The notes: generated from the letters alone by a model not told the origin. A DNA stretch of 64,000 nucleotides from Octopus sinensis (GCF_006345805.1 NC_042997.1:26164001-26228000), one strand, 5' to 3'. Positions 28,575-40,069 are shown, counted from the first letter of the stretch. Numbers and translations are program-made.

Positions 28575-28920
28575 GTGATGCACACTAAGTTACCAGCAAC
28601 TGCGATACTTTAAGTGATGAGTATGTTATTTCATATTATACCACCTTATATCTTTACATAAGATCTTAGAATTAATGCTGCGGGATACGTAGATGTCTTG
28701 GAGACAGTTGCTAAGCCTGGATTGGAGAAGAATGCAGTACAAAGCCGTGCATGCTTCAACAAGGCTCAGCACTTTCATAGAAAATCGACATAACCCAAGA
28801 GTAGATGTCTGATATCTTTACGGTCATGTGACACGAAACATGCGGATTCCAAATTCGCTAGATTTAAATCCCATGAACTACTAAATTTGATGCTTAGTTG
28901 AAAGGAAGACTAATCGATAT
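28575..28920 (+). pseudogene. Decayed maT/DD37D-type Tc1-mariner transposase fragment
   Basis: VMHTKLPATA, RINAAGYVDVLETVAKP and PNSLDLNPMNY*I*CLVERKTN, resembling VMxTKFPA...WPPNSPDLNPLDY.VW..VE. Confidence 0.7.
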
Positions 28921-28999
28921 TCTCGGGACACCAGAGGGGCTGCCATTGTCTAGGTGATGTCCGAAATTACTAAGACACAGTGCTAGTGTGATATCGATT

Positions 29000-29582
29000 C
29001 CGGTCCAGTATTGAACCAGTATGAAACAGTATGTAATACACAAATACATTCAGAAAAAGATTCCTCACTCTCCGAATATATATAGAGCTTTAAAACAGTT
29101 ATTAAAAACAGATTTGTCAATTATGGATCATGCGGCACTGTACATCATAGATTCCAAAAGATGCGATCTTTGTTCTTCAGTAAAGTATAACACCCAAACA
29201 AGGCCTTGTGGAATTTTGAACTAAATATTGGCATTCGAGAAATCTGCTGATATATGCATTAATATTCATTCGCGAAAATTCAAGTGTCTCACCGGATACT
29301 TTTAAAACAATGCCATCAATGATGAAAACGATTCAATCATCGATCAACAATAAACGTCCATTAACAGTTGATAATATCCTTGCATTCGTGTGTTTTATAC
29401 ATATGACACTAAGGAAATAAAATTATCACATAATTTTGGATTTAACAGATATATCTGATACACTATTTAAAATATTTTGCAACTGTCAGAAAGTATTGAT
29501 CAGGCAGTCTTCGATTACTTTTGATTTCCTAAACTCATCGTTTCAATAGTTGGCAACGTAAACTCAGAGTAACAATTCAAAA
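29000..29582 (+). pseudogene. Old Penelope-like element 3' remnant (GIY-YIG C-terminus and hammerhead remnant)
   Basis: SIMDHAALYIIDSKRCDLCSSVK...ILN matches the PY..SxRCxLC..E...LN tail of the other PLEs. ggcaacgtaaactcagagtaaca at about 29552-29574 matches the 34338-34375 fold. Confidence 0.55.
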
Positions 29583-29810
29583 TGTTTCAGATTTTCATAA
29601 ATTATGCAAAAACTTCATTATGAACCGAGTACGTTTACATTTGATTGTATCCCTCTCTCTCTATTTATCTCTCCTTCTCTCACCCCCCTCTCTCTCTGTA
29701 AATACGTGTGTATGTGTGTGTGTACAAAGACAGACATATATATACACACACATATACATACATATATATACATACATATATGTGTACGATGGTTTTCGTG
29801 ATGTATGTGC

Positions 29811-29866
<56 letters not shown>

Positions 29867-29869
<3 letters not shown>

Positions 29870-30318
29870 CGTAGGAGTGGCTTTGGGGTAAGTACCTTGC
29901 TTTCCAACCACATGGTTCCGGGTTCAGTCTACTGCATGGCACCTTGGGCAAGTGTCTTCTACTATAGCTCGGGCCGACCAAAGCTTGTGAGTAGATTTGG
30001 TAGACGGAAACTGAAAGAGCCCGTCGTGTATATATATATATATAATATATATATGTGTGTGTGTGTGTGTGTGGTGTGGGGCGAGTTGTGTGTGTGTGTA
30101 GGTATGTTTGTGTGTCTATGTTTGTCCCCCCAACATCGCTTGACAACCGATGCTGGTGTGTTTACGTCCCCATAACTTAGCATTCGGCAAAAAAAGAGAC
30201 CGATAGAATAAGAACTAGGCTTACAAAGAATAAGTCCTAGGGTCGATGTATCCGACTTAAGGCGGTGCTACTGCATGGTCACAGTCACATGTCTGAAACA
30301 AGTAAAAGAATAAAAGAG
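29867..30318 (+). mobile_element. SINE family A
   Basis: Colinear with 5273-5672. Confidence 0.9.
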
Positions 30319-30386
30319 TAAATAGTATATGGATGTACCACGTGAGTATGGTATATATATATATATATATATTTATTATATATATA

Positions 30387-30426
<40 letters not shown>

Positions 30427-30431
<5 letters not shown>

Positions 30432-30630
30432 ATCCAAACAAGAAAGCACAAAAAACACAACGACGCGAGGACGTGGAACAAATATAGTATTATTGGACGC
30501 TCAGGAAAGAAAGAAAGAAGGGGGGTTTAACGTTTCGAGCGGAACTCTTCGTCGGAAACATAGGAGAAGGAAAGATCCAGAGAAGGGAGACAGAGGAAAA
30601 AAAATCGCCAACGGTACACCACGAGGTCAC
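30427..30630 (-). mobile_element. About 200-bp TA-embedded non-coding mini-element with hammerhead-like motif
   Basis: Second copy at 47650-47827 on the plus strand; both are flanked by microsatellite. Confidence 0.75.
30525..30559 (-). ncRNA. Minimal type I hammerhead-like fold
   Basis: guuu CCGACGA a GAG-uuccg-CUC GAAA cg UU aaac; helix I guuu/aaac. Confidence 0.55.
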
Positions 30631-30663
<33 letters not shown>

Positions 30664-30989
30664 ACACGGCATATGTACATATATGCATACATATGTGTAT
30701 ATCTAGTTTTTTATTTGCGTTTATGTAAATATGACTGCGTACGTGTATGTGTCTATGCGTGCATGAATATATGTATTCATAGATGTATGTAAATCCCTTT
30801 TGCAAGAAACAATGGCAAATGACAAACAAGTCACTTCACAAACAATAATGTGACACCGAAAACAGAAAAGAGGAATCGAACACAAAAAAAAAAAAAAATA
30901 AACCAAATAACATCAATTAAAAGCAAAAAAAAATAAACGATGATAGATAATGCGACTGAAGCACCCCCCCTCCCCAGCAAACGACTGTG

Positions 30990-32625
30990 TTGTGGGTGGC
31001 GGTAATAGTAGTAGTAGTAGTGAGTGGCGAATTACCCAGGTGATTGTGTATGGGATGGTGGTGGCCGTGGTTGTCGATTTTATGGTGGTGCTGGTGGCGG
31101 CGGTGGTGCTGGTGGTGGCGGCGGCGGCGGCGGTGGTGGTGGTGGTGGTGGTGGTGGTGGTGGTGGTGGTGGTGGTGGTGTTGGTGGTGGTGGTGGCGAC
31201 TGTGGCGGCGGCGGCGGCGGCGAGGTGGTGGTGGTGAGGTGGTGGTGGTGGTGATGGTGGTGGTGGTGAGGTGGTGGTGGTGAGGTGGTGGTGGTGAGGT
31301 GGTTGGTGGTGGTGATGGTGGTGGTGGTGGTGGTGGTGATGGTGGTGGTAGTGGTGGTGGCGACTGTGGCGGCGGCGGCGGCGGCGAGGTGGTCGTGGTG
31401 AGTTGGTTGGTGGTGGTGGTGATGGTGAGGTGGTGGTGGTGGTGATGGTGGTGGTGGTGAGGTGGTGGGGGTGGTGGTGGTGAGGTGGTGGTGGTGAGGT
31501 GGTGGTGAGGTGGTGGTGAGGTGGTGGTGAGGTGGTGGTGAGGTGGTGGTGGTGGTGGTGGTGGTTATGGTGGTGTGGTGGTAATGGTGGTGGTGGTGGT
31601 AGTGGTGGTGGTGGCGGTGGTGGTGGCGGCGGCGGCAGCGAGGTGGTGGTGGTGAGGTGGTGGTGGTGAGGTGGTTGTGGTGAGGTGGTGGTGGTGAGGT
31701 GGTGGTGGTGAGGTGGTGGTGGTGGTGATGGTGGTGGTGGTGGTGGTGGTGGTGGTGGTGGTGTTGGTGGTAATGGTGGTGATGGTGATGGTGGTGATGA
31801 TGTTGATGGTGGTGGTGATGTTGTGGTGGTGGTGGTAAAGTTAAGTTACCACTGGTGTAGATGTGTAGACAATTGTGTAATAGCGTTTGTGGTAGTGTTT
31901 CTGGTGGTCGCGGCTGGCGAAAGTGGCGGTGGTAGTGGTGGTGTCGACAAAAGTTATGGTGTTGTTGCTGCTGGTGGTAGTGATGGTGTCGGTGGTGGTG
32001 GTGGTGTTGGTGTGTGGTTATGATGATTGTTATTGTCAGTGGTGATGTCGGTTGCGGTGGTGGTACTGGTAGAGGTGTTGGTGTTGTTGTTGTTGGCGGT
32101 GGTGATGTTTGTAGTGGTAATGTTTGTTATGGTTGTTGTTGGTGGTGGTGTTGTTGTTGTTGTTGTTGTTGCTGTTAGTAGTAGTAGTGGTGGTGGTGGT
32201 GGTGATGGTATTGGTGGTGGTTGTATTGGTGGTAGTTATATGATTGGGTTGGTGGCTGTACAGGAAGTTGTGATAGTGGAAGCGTTGATGATGTTTCTGA
32301 TGGTTATCGTTGAGGTGATAGTGGTTGTGATTATGATGGTATTGATGATGGTGTTCGTGGTGGAGGTAGTGTGGTGGTGGTGGTGGAGGAGGTTCTGATT
32401 GTTATTTGCAGTTGTAGTGGCGTGGTGGTGATGGCTGATAGCGGATATTATTGGTCTCGGTGGTTGATAGTATTGTTGGAGGTTATAGTGATAGCGGAGA
32501 TGATGGGAGATCTGCTGTTGGAGGTGGTTAAAGGCGGTGGTAGTGTTGGTGGCGGTGACGGCAGCGGCGGCGGTGGTGATGGTGGTGGTGGTAGTGGTGG
32601 TGGTGGTGGTGGTGGTGGTGGTGTG
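30990..32625. repeat. 1.6-kb degenerate (GGT)n/(GTT)n trinucleotide array
   Basis: Direct reading. Confidence 0.95.
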
Positions 32626-32687
32626 AGGAAATGTTCACTCTGAATGTCCATGAAGAGAACGAGCATCGAATCCAAATATAGAAATGC

Positions 32688-32722
<35 letters not shown>

Positions 32723-32844
32723 CAAAAAAGCAGAGAAAGAAACAGAGAGAAAGAGAGAGGGAGAGAAAGAGAGTGGGAGAGAAAGCGGGGGAATAGACAG
32801 AAAGACAAGAAGGCAGGCTTTCCAACAGCGCGACAGAGACAAGC

Positions 32845-32910
<66 letters not shown>

Positions 32911-32945
32911 GATAGATAGACAGGCAGGCAGGCAGACAGACAGAC

Positions 32946-33012
<67 letters not shown>

Positions 33013-33045
33013 CAGGCAGGCAGGCAGACAGACAGACAGACAGAC

Positions 33046-33112
<67 letters not shown>

Positions 33113-33145
33113 CAGGCAGGCAGGCAGACAGACAGACAGACAGAC

Positions 33146-33220
<75 letters not shown>
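32845..33220. repeat. (GATA)n with three higher-order GACA/GGCA blocks
   Basis: The block gatagacaggcaggcaggcagacagacagac recurs three times. Confidence 0.95.
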
Positions 33221-33689
33221 CGAGAAAGAGGGCGAAGGAAAGAGAGGTTGAGAAAGAGATGGGTGAGAGAGAGAGAGAGAGAGAGACGTTTACACAATGA
33301 GGTACAGGGAAACACAGAGAGAAGCGGTGAGAGGGGGAATGAATGTTTGCCGTAGGAGCGTTTAAATTAATCTACAATATCACATGTTGGTTTTGGGCAA
33401 GGAAGACTTGTTTACCTCCCTTAGTCCCACGGGATTACCAATGTTTTGAAACTGGCTCAGGAACAATTGACGCAAGTTGCGCCTGCTTAGCTCTGATCTG
33501 ATGTTTAATACCACAATTTTCTGTACACTGTAATCTAGATAAAAGCCAAAGCACTGGACTCGTGGGCCCAGTGATTTCGGTAATCTCTTCTTTTCCATAA
33601 AACGAAAACAGCGCATCGAGTGATGTGATTGTTTGCGCTTCTGTTGCCGTATGCTGTGGACGTTGTAAATGTGTTATGTCCTTCGTATG

Positions 33690-33965
33690 TGCGTGTATGT
33701 GTGTGAGTGTGTGTATATAAGTGAAAGAGAGAGGAAGAGAGAGAGAAAAAGAGAGAGTGTGTGTTTGTGTAAATGTGTGTGTGTAAGTGTGTGTGAGTGT
33801 GTGTATATAAGTGAAAGAGAGAGGAAGAGAGAGAGAAAAAGAGAGAGTGTGTGTGTGTAAATGTGTGGTTGTAAGTGTGTGTGTGTGTGTGTATATATAA
33901 GTGAAGAAGAGAGGAAGAGAGAGAAAAAAGAGAGGAGTGTGGTGTGTGTAAGTGTGTGTGTAAGT
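33690..33965. repeat. Compound minisatellite of about 65-70 bp (GT/TATAA/GA), 3-4 copies
   Basis: gtgtgtatataagtgaa(a)gagagaggaagagagagaaaaa recurs. Confidence 0.85.
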
Positions 33966-34068
33966 GTGTGTGTGTGTGTGTGTGCGTGCATGTGTGAAAA
34001 TGTGTATTCGTGCTCATATTGTATTGCATGCACCTATTCGATAATATTTTATGTATTTTTGCTCCTGT

Positions 34069-34117
<49 letters not shown>

Positions 34118-34276
34118 ATATTTTAGGACATGTACTTATACGTACATACAGACACATATATACACATACATATGTATATGCATCTGCATATATACGTAGA
34201 TATCTGCATTTGCATTCATTTATGCACACATACGCGCATATATATGCGTATGTATATATATATATATATATATATA

Positions 34277-34407
34277 CACCGGAGTAAACACATAAATGTG
34301 AAACAAGGTGGAAAAAAGAGTACTCAAATAGCAAAAACTGTCCGATGAACGGCAACGGGAAACTCAGAGTAACAGGTTTTGTTGAATTTTATGAGCTTTA
34401 AATAAAG
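34277..34407 (+). mobile_element. 131-bp TA-embedded mini-element carrying a hammerhead-like fold
   Basis: Flanked by (TA)n on both sides; contains the 34338-34375 fold. Confidence 0.7.
34338..34375 (+). ncRNA. Type I hammerhead-like fold
   Basis: cugu CCGAUGA a CG-gcaa-CG g GAAA cucagag UA acag. Helix I extends to 11 bp with one mismatch (gcaaaaacugu/acagguuuugu). Confidence 0.6.
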
Positions 34408-34451
34408 TATATATATGTATACATATATATATGCATATATATATATATATC

Positions 34452-34502
<51 letters not shown>

Positions 34503-34822
34503 GTATACTATATATATATGATATTATATATATTATATATAACATACTATAGTATATATGTATATATATATAAATACATATATGCATATATATATATATA
34601 TTATATATATATATACGCACAGATACGTATACAAATACGTACACGGGTGACTACACGAGTATGTAAATATATGTGGATATGTATGTATGTATGAATATAT
34701 ATGTGTGTGTGAAGAATATTTGATATATGTATATATATACACACATACGCATATGTGTGTATCTGTCTATGTACATGTGTGTGTACGAGTGTGTGTGTGT
34801 GTGTGTATATGAAAAATCTCTT

Positions 34823-34862
<40 letters not shown>

Positions 34863-35285
34863 GCGCATGTGTGTGTATTTGTGTATGTGCATCTGTGTTT
34901 GAGTGCATACGTGTGTGAAACGTGAATAGGTAAAAAAACAAACAATGCAGGACGTAGACTGGTATATAAGAGGTAAAAAACAAAGATATCATGGAGATTT
35001 AACGTCATCGTTTTAGTTGTTGCTTTCGCTGCTTGGAGGAAAATGGAATTTGGTGGTGGTGATGGTGGTTGTGGTGGTGAGAGTGGCATTGCTTCTGCTG
35101 AAGAAATATCGGAAGGGGATATGGAAACAATTTTCAAATGTTTTACATATCTATTTATCCATTTGCTTACTTCCACACTAGCATCGGAGCGAACGAAGCC
35201 GAAAGAATCACGAGGCATCTCACAATGTAAAACGAGAATAAAAAATTAATGTGTGCTCGAGTGTGTGTGTGTTGCTTGTGTGTGT

Positions 35286-35325
<40 letters not shown>

Positions 35326-35427
35326 CATCGTGCGTGTGTATATTATATATATATATATTATATATATATATATATATACATACATACATACATACATACA
35401 ACATACATACATACATACATACATATA

Positions 35428-35610
35428 TGATAGATCGTTAGCCACTACGCAACATTTTTTTCTCTCCTTGTTTTTTCTGTGTTCCTTTCTGTAGAAGATC
35501 GCAGGCTCGAAACGTAAAAGTCGTTTTCTATTCCTGAGCGTTACACTATACATCTGTTTGTTTTGTACACCACCTGTCTTCGTCTTTTTTTTTTCGTAAC
35601 TTTCCCTATA
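35428..35610 (+). mobile_element. Microsatellite-embedded mini-element with hammerhead-like motif (35485-35520)
   Basis: cuuu CUGUAGA a GA-ucgcaggc-UC GAAA cg UA aaag. It shares tcctgagcgt...acactatac with the 47650 copy. Confidence 0.55.
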
Positions 35611-35640
35611 TATATATACACACATAGGGTGTACATATGC

Positions 35641-35713
<73 letters not shown>

Positions 35714-35759
35714 TGATAAAACGGTAAGATAACAAAAAGAAAAGAACTCAATATTATGT

Positions 35760-37383
35760 AAATAGAGGAAATTTCTCTATCTCTAAAGAACTGCTAGATA
35801 AAGCCCTAATCTTCGCTAGTGACTTCATAGAAATTAGTACCAATGATAAGGATATAATCTTCCATGCTAGAAAGACATTACTTTTCAGTGAGAATGCAAA
35901 GTGGGTAAAAAACACCGATACGGAGGGCGCTTTCGATGTGAGCATGGTTCATATGATGGGGCAGGCATCTGTGATCTAATTGGACTCTTCTCTTAGATAC
36001 CTTCGGTAAGACATTCCCTAACGTACATTTCGCCATCTACAAAGATGATGCCCTCGCCTTAACAGCTAATACAATGGACCAGCACAAGATCGTTTTAGGA
36101 AGGATATTATCCAGTTAATGAAACACTTCGGACTTAGTATAACTATAGACACTAACCTGACGGTTGTCAATTTCTTAGACGTTTCCTAGATCTTAATAAT
36201 AATATTTATAAGCCTTATAGAAGCCCAATGATAGACTAAGTTATTAATGTAGGTTCATGCCATCCCCCTATAGTATTCAAAAATTTAGTTAAAATTATTA
36301 GTAAGAGGATTTCTAGCCTCTCTCATCTAATGAGACATCTTCAATAGCGTTGCCCCAGTTTATAATAAAGCTTTAAAAGATAGTGGTTTTAGCGAAAAAA
36401 TAAAATATACACCTATCACTAGCCCAACAGTAGGAAAGGATAATAGAATAGGAAGGTCATCTGGTTTACCCCCCTTACTCACCCGAGGTGGCCTCAATAT
36501 AGGTAAATATTTCCTAGCACTGATAGATAGACATTTTCCAGTTAACCATGCTTATAGGAAACTCTTCAATAGACACAATTTAAAAATTAGTTTTAGTTCA
36601 ACTACCAATTTTAAAAACATAATTAATCATAACATACAAAAACACAAGAAGAAAACAGCTGTTCATGCAGGAACAAAGAATTGTGCCCGCTAAATGGAGC
36701 TTGCATGTCCAAGACCATCATATATGAAGCTACCGTAAACTCTATAACCACTAAAGACACACCGTTTCGACGAAGAAATACGTGGGCCTGACAGAGGGTA
36801 ATTTCAAGGCCAGGTTCAATAACCACACTTTGAGCTTTAGGCACTGGAACAAAAGAAAAGCGACACAATTATCCAATCATATTTGGTCTTTAAGAGATAA
36901 ATGTGTCGATTATAACATACAATGGAAGATTTTGGCCAGATGTAAGCCCTATACTAACGGCAGCGGAAGGTGCGGTTTATGCGACATGGAGAGATGGCTT
37001 ATCTGGAAAAGCAGCTTAGACCCTACCACATGTCTAAATACAAGGACAGAGCTTTTCGGATCATGCCCACATGTGACTAAATTCTGTTACGTTTTTGGTC
37101 CCCTAAAGAAAACGGATAGAACATGCTTTCTGTGTTATGTCCCAAGAAGAATTTATATATTTTTATATATTTTTATGTATTTTTATATAATTTTTATGAC
37201 GAAAAATGCGAGCGATGTATAAGTACGCAGGCAAAGCAGAGTTATAACAGAGTAATTTCCTTCATTTAACGGTATTTTTTCATAACGTTTTCAAATAGCC
37301 AGATAACCGAAGAGATGGTGTTGTGGATTTCCACTTCGGCATCTGAAACTCAGAGTTTTATCTTGACTACCGAGTAATGTAAC

Positions 37384-37387
<4 letters not shown>
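35760..37387 (+). mobile_element. 5'-truncated Penelope-like retroelement (RT, CxC linker, C-terminal GIY-YIG, hammerhead)
   Basis: Across frameshifts: SISKELL, FDVSMGSYDG, IYKDD, VNFLDV, SCHPP, IWFTPPYS, CSCRNKELCPLNGAC, IIYEATV, KYVGLTEGNFKARFNNH, RCGLC and LNTRTELFGSCPH. Flanked by (TA)n. Confidence 0.9.
37301..37363 (+). ncRNA. Hammerhead-like fold in the PLE 3' terminus
   Basis: agauaa CCGAAGA GAUG...CAUC u GAAA cucagag UU uuaucu; perfect 6-bp helix I. Confidence 0.65.
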
Positions 37388-37463
<76 letters not shown>

Positions 37464-37467
<4 letters not shown>

Positions 37468-37605
37468 AAACAACGAAGAACAAAGAAGAAAAAACAATAA
37501 CGTGAGGACGTGGTACAAGTACTGTATTATCAGGAGCCCTGGAAATGAAGGAAAGGGGATTCAATGTTTCGAGCAAAGCTCTTCTTCAGAATAGAGGAAC
37601 GTCCA
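37464..37605 (-). mobile_element. TA-embedded mini-element with hammerhead core (37559-37592)
   Basis: CUGAAGA a GAGC-uuu-GCUC GAAA ca UU. Related to 30427-30630 through the gaggacgtgg block. Confidence 0.6.
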
Positions 37606-37635
37606 TATATATTATATATATAATATATATATAAT

Positions 37636-37669
<34 letters not shown>

Positions 37670-37746
37670 CTATATATAATATATATATATCTATATATAT
37701 ACAGATGTACATATATTATGTATAGGGTGTACATATGCCTATATAT

Positions 37747-37780
<34 letters not shown>

Positions 37781-37838
37781 ATATATATAAAACATGTCAA
37801 AAATAGAAAATGCTAAGATAATTTTATAGTGAATCTTT

Positions 37839-37876
37839 CAGTACCGGTTTCGGTCATTTTGAGACCTTTTCAACTG
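37839..37876 (-). ncRNA. Minimal hammerhead ribozyme with U3:A8 core
   Basis: cag UUGAAAA GGUC-ucaaaau-GACC GAAA ccgg UA cug, inside a TA-flanked element at about 37790-37990. Confidence 0.7.
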
Positions 37877-38020
37877 TAACGATTAAATAATTAAATTTAG
37901 AAAAATTAGAAGAAAAGTTTTTTTAAAAGAATTTCTGTAGTAGTGTTCAGATATAAGTAGCATTCTGCCTTTCTCTGACTCCCTTGTTTGCACTATATAT
38001 ATATACACTATATATATATA

Positions 38021-39562
38021 CACTATAGTGGTCAAAACCAGAGAACAAAAATAAAAAGATAAAGATACATATATTTTTCCTTTATCTTTCCAAATGAGAT
38101 TTTTACTGTATGTACTTTAAAGTGTGTTCATTATTTGCAACAAATTTTGTTGGAAACGATTAATAACTAAATTATTTATAAAAGAAAAAATGTTTGTTTG
38201 AAAAATACAAGATAGACAAAATTAAATACCCTTTGATGTAACATTGAAGGTATCAAATTTTGCCAGAAATATTTACAATTCACATCAATATATTAGTCAG
38301 ATGTGTACATTCCTTTATTTTTAATGACTTCCGCACATCTTCGTCCACAGGATTTTACTAATTTCTCACATTGTTCTGACGTAATTTTATTCCATTCTTC
38401 TTGATGTTATTCCCGTAAAATTGTAATATTTCAGGTCGGTGCTCTCTGATCTTATCCCCAAGTATTTTCCAAGTATCCTCAATAGGACTAAGGGCCAGGG
38501 CTCTGTGCTGGTCAACAGATCACTGTAATGATTTCAGCATCAAACACTTCCTTAAGTATCTTAGCACTGTTACATGGCACATAATCTTGCATAAAAATTG
38601 GCCGACGAGTTGGAGATGACCTCATCGCTGGCACACACATGCTGCAGAACGATGTTTTTTCTATATGGCTGCATTTACATTACCATTACTTAGATCTGGA
38701 TCTAAGTCCAAACATCTGCAGCAGAAATCATTCCCGAGACTATAAAACCTTAGTGTCTCACGTATTGTGTACCATCGGAGCCAACCTAATTGAAGTGCTT
38801 TCGTCACTGTAGAATACACGCGACCAGTTGCCGTCTGTCCAAAGTACGCACTCATAAGCAAAGACTAACTTCGCTTTTCGGTTCTTCATACTGATGTGAG
38901 GTTTAGTGGCGGGGGGAATGGTTATGAAGTCGAAATTCCTTCAGATGATAAGCCACAGTCTTCCGAGACACATTCATTCCATAATATCGATTTACTTAGC
39001 AAGAAATTCCTGCGGAAGTACTGAAACGATCTCTTAACGACAGCCTCTGAATCATACGGTCATGTCAAACACTTGTTTTCTGTGGTCTCTCTCTCGTTTT
39101 TCTAATGACACAAATGAGCTTGTTTCTTCAAAAAGCTTGGTTATTCCTGAAACAACACTCTTTGATCTGTTAATGTCTCTGGCTATAGCAGACATTACTA
39201 TTCCTTCTTTTATCAATGTGACCTCTCGCTTCCTGGGGCTTTCATCAATTTTACCTCGGCTTTCCATGGTTGTGAATTCACTGCTGTTCAATATAAACCT
39301 CCACACTCTTAAGTCAACTTAGTTTCCATCGGTCGCGGTGTGCTAGATTTTACTTTTTAAATCCTACAAGCGTACTCTGATATCGTCCATCATGTATTTT
39401 TCAAGTAAAAGTTCTATTATAAATTATTTAATTATTAATCGCTTCTTACAAAACTAAATATAAATGATGAACACACAGTAAAAATCCCATTCGGAAAAAT
39501 TAAGTAGAAATGTAAATAACTTTAAAATTTTATTTCTGCTCTTTAATTTGGCCACTATTGTG
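38021..39562 (-). mobile_element. Decayed full-length Tc1 (DD34E-type) DNA transposon
   Basis: HTH region ...EGIVMSAIARDINRSKSVVS, then LWTDGNWSRVFYSDES, IFMQD and a WPAQSP remnant. Imperfect TIR CAC(A/T)ATAGTGG(C/T)CAAA at both ends, next to TA. Confidence 0.85.
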
Positions 39563-39584
39563 TGTATGCATATATATATATATA

Positions 39585-40069
39585 GCAAATGAAAGACGGA
39601 AGATGGAATATATGAGAATTTATTATTGATCACAATTGTTTCGATACATCTAGTATCGATTCCTCATGGATTGGACACTCAACAACTGGTTCAGGAGCAT
39701 CCGGTAGTGCAAATGTATCTCATTGGGTTATAGATAAATACAAATCGTTGAAATAATGACATTCTCGCTGGACTGCGTGTTCCTTTCAGTTTTTCTCATC
39801 TGTGATTTTATTTTTGATCTTCTATAGAAATGAAGATATTTCCTCCGTCTGGCAGCTTTTCTCTCTACAAAACGGGAAGTTACATTGCGGAACAATCATG
39901 TTAACGAGTTGTATTTATTTATCATTCGAAGAGTACATCTGCACCGCCGGATGCTCTTGAACCAGTTGTTGAGTGTCCCACACATGAGGGATCGGTGCTA
40001 GATGTATCAAAACAATTGTCGTGATCAATAATAAATTCTTGTATATTCCATCTTCCGTCTTTCATTTGC
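39585..40069. mobile_element. TA-flanked foldback element with inverted arms of about 170 bp
   Basis: gcaaatgaaagacggaagatggaatata ... tatattccatcttccgtctttcatttgc; related copy at 61159-61429. Confidence 0.85.
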
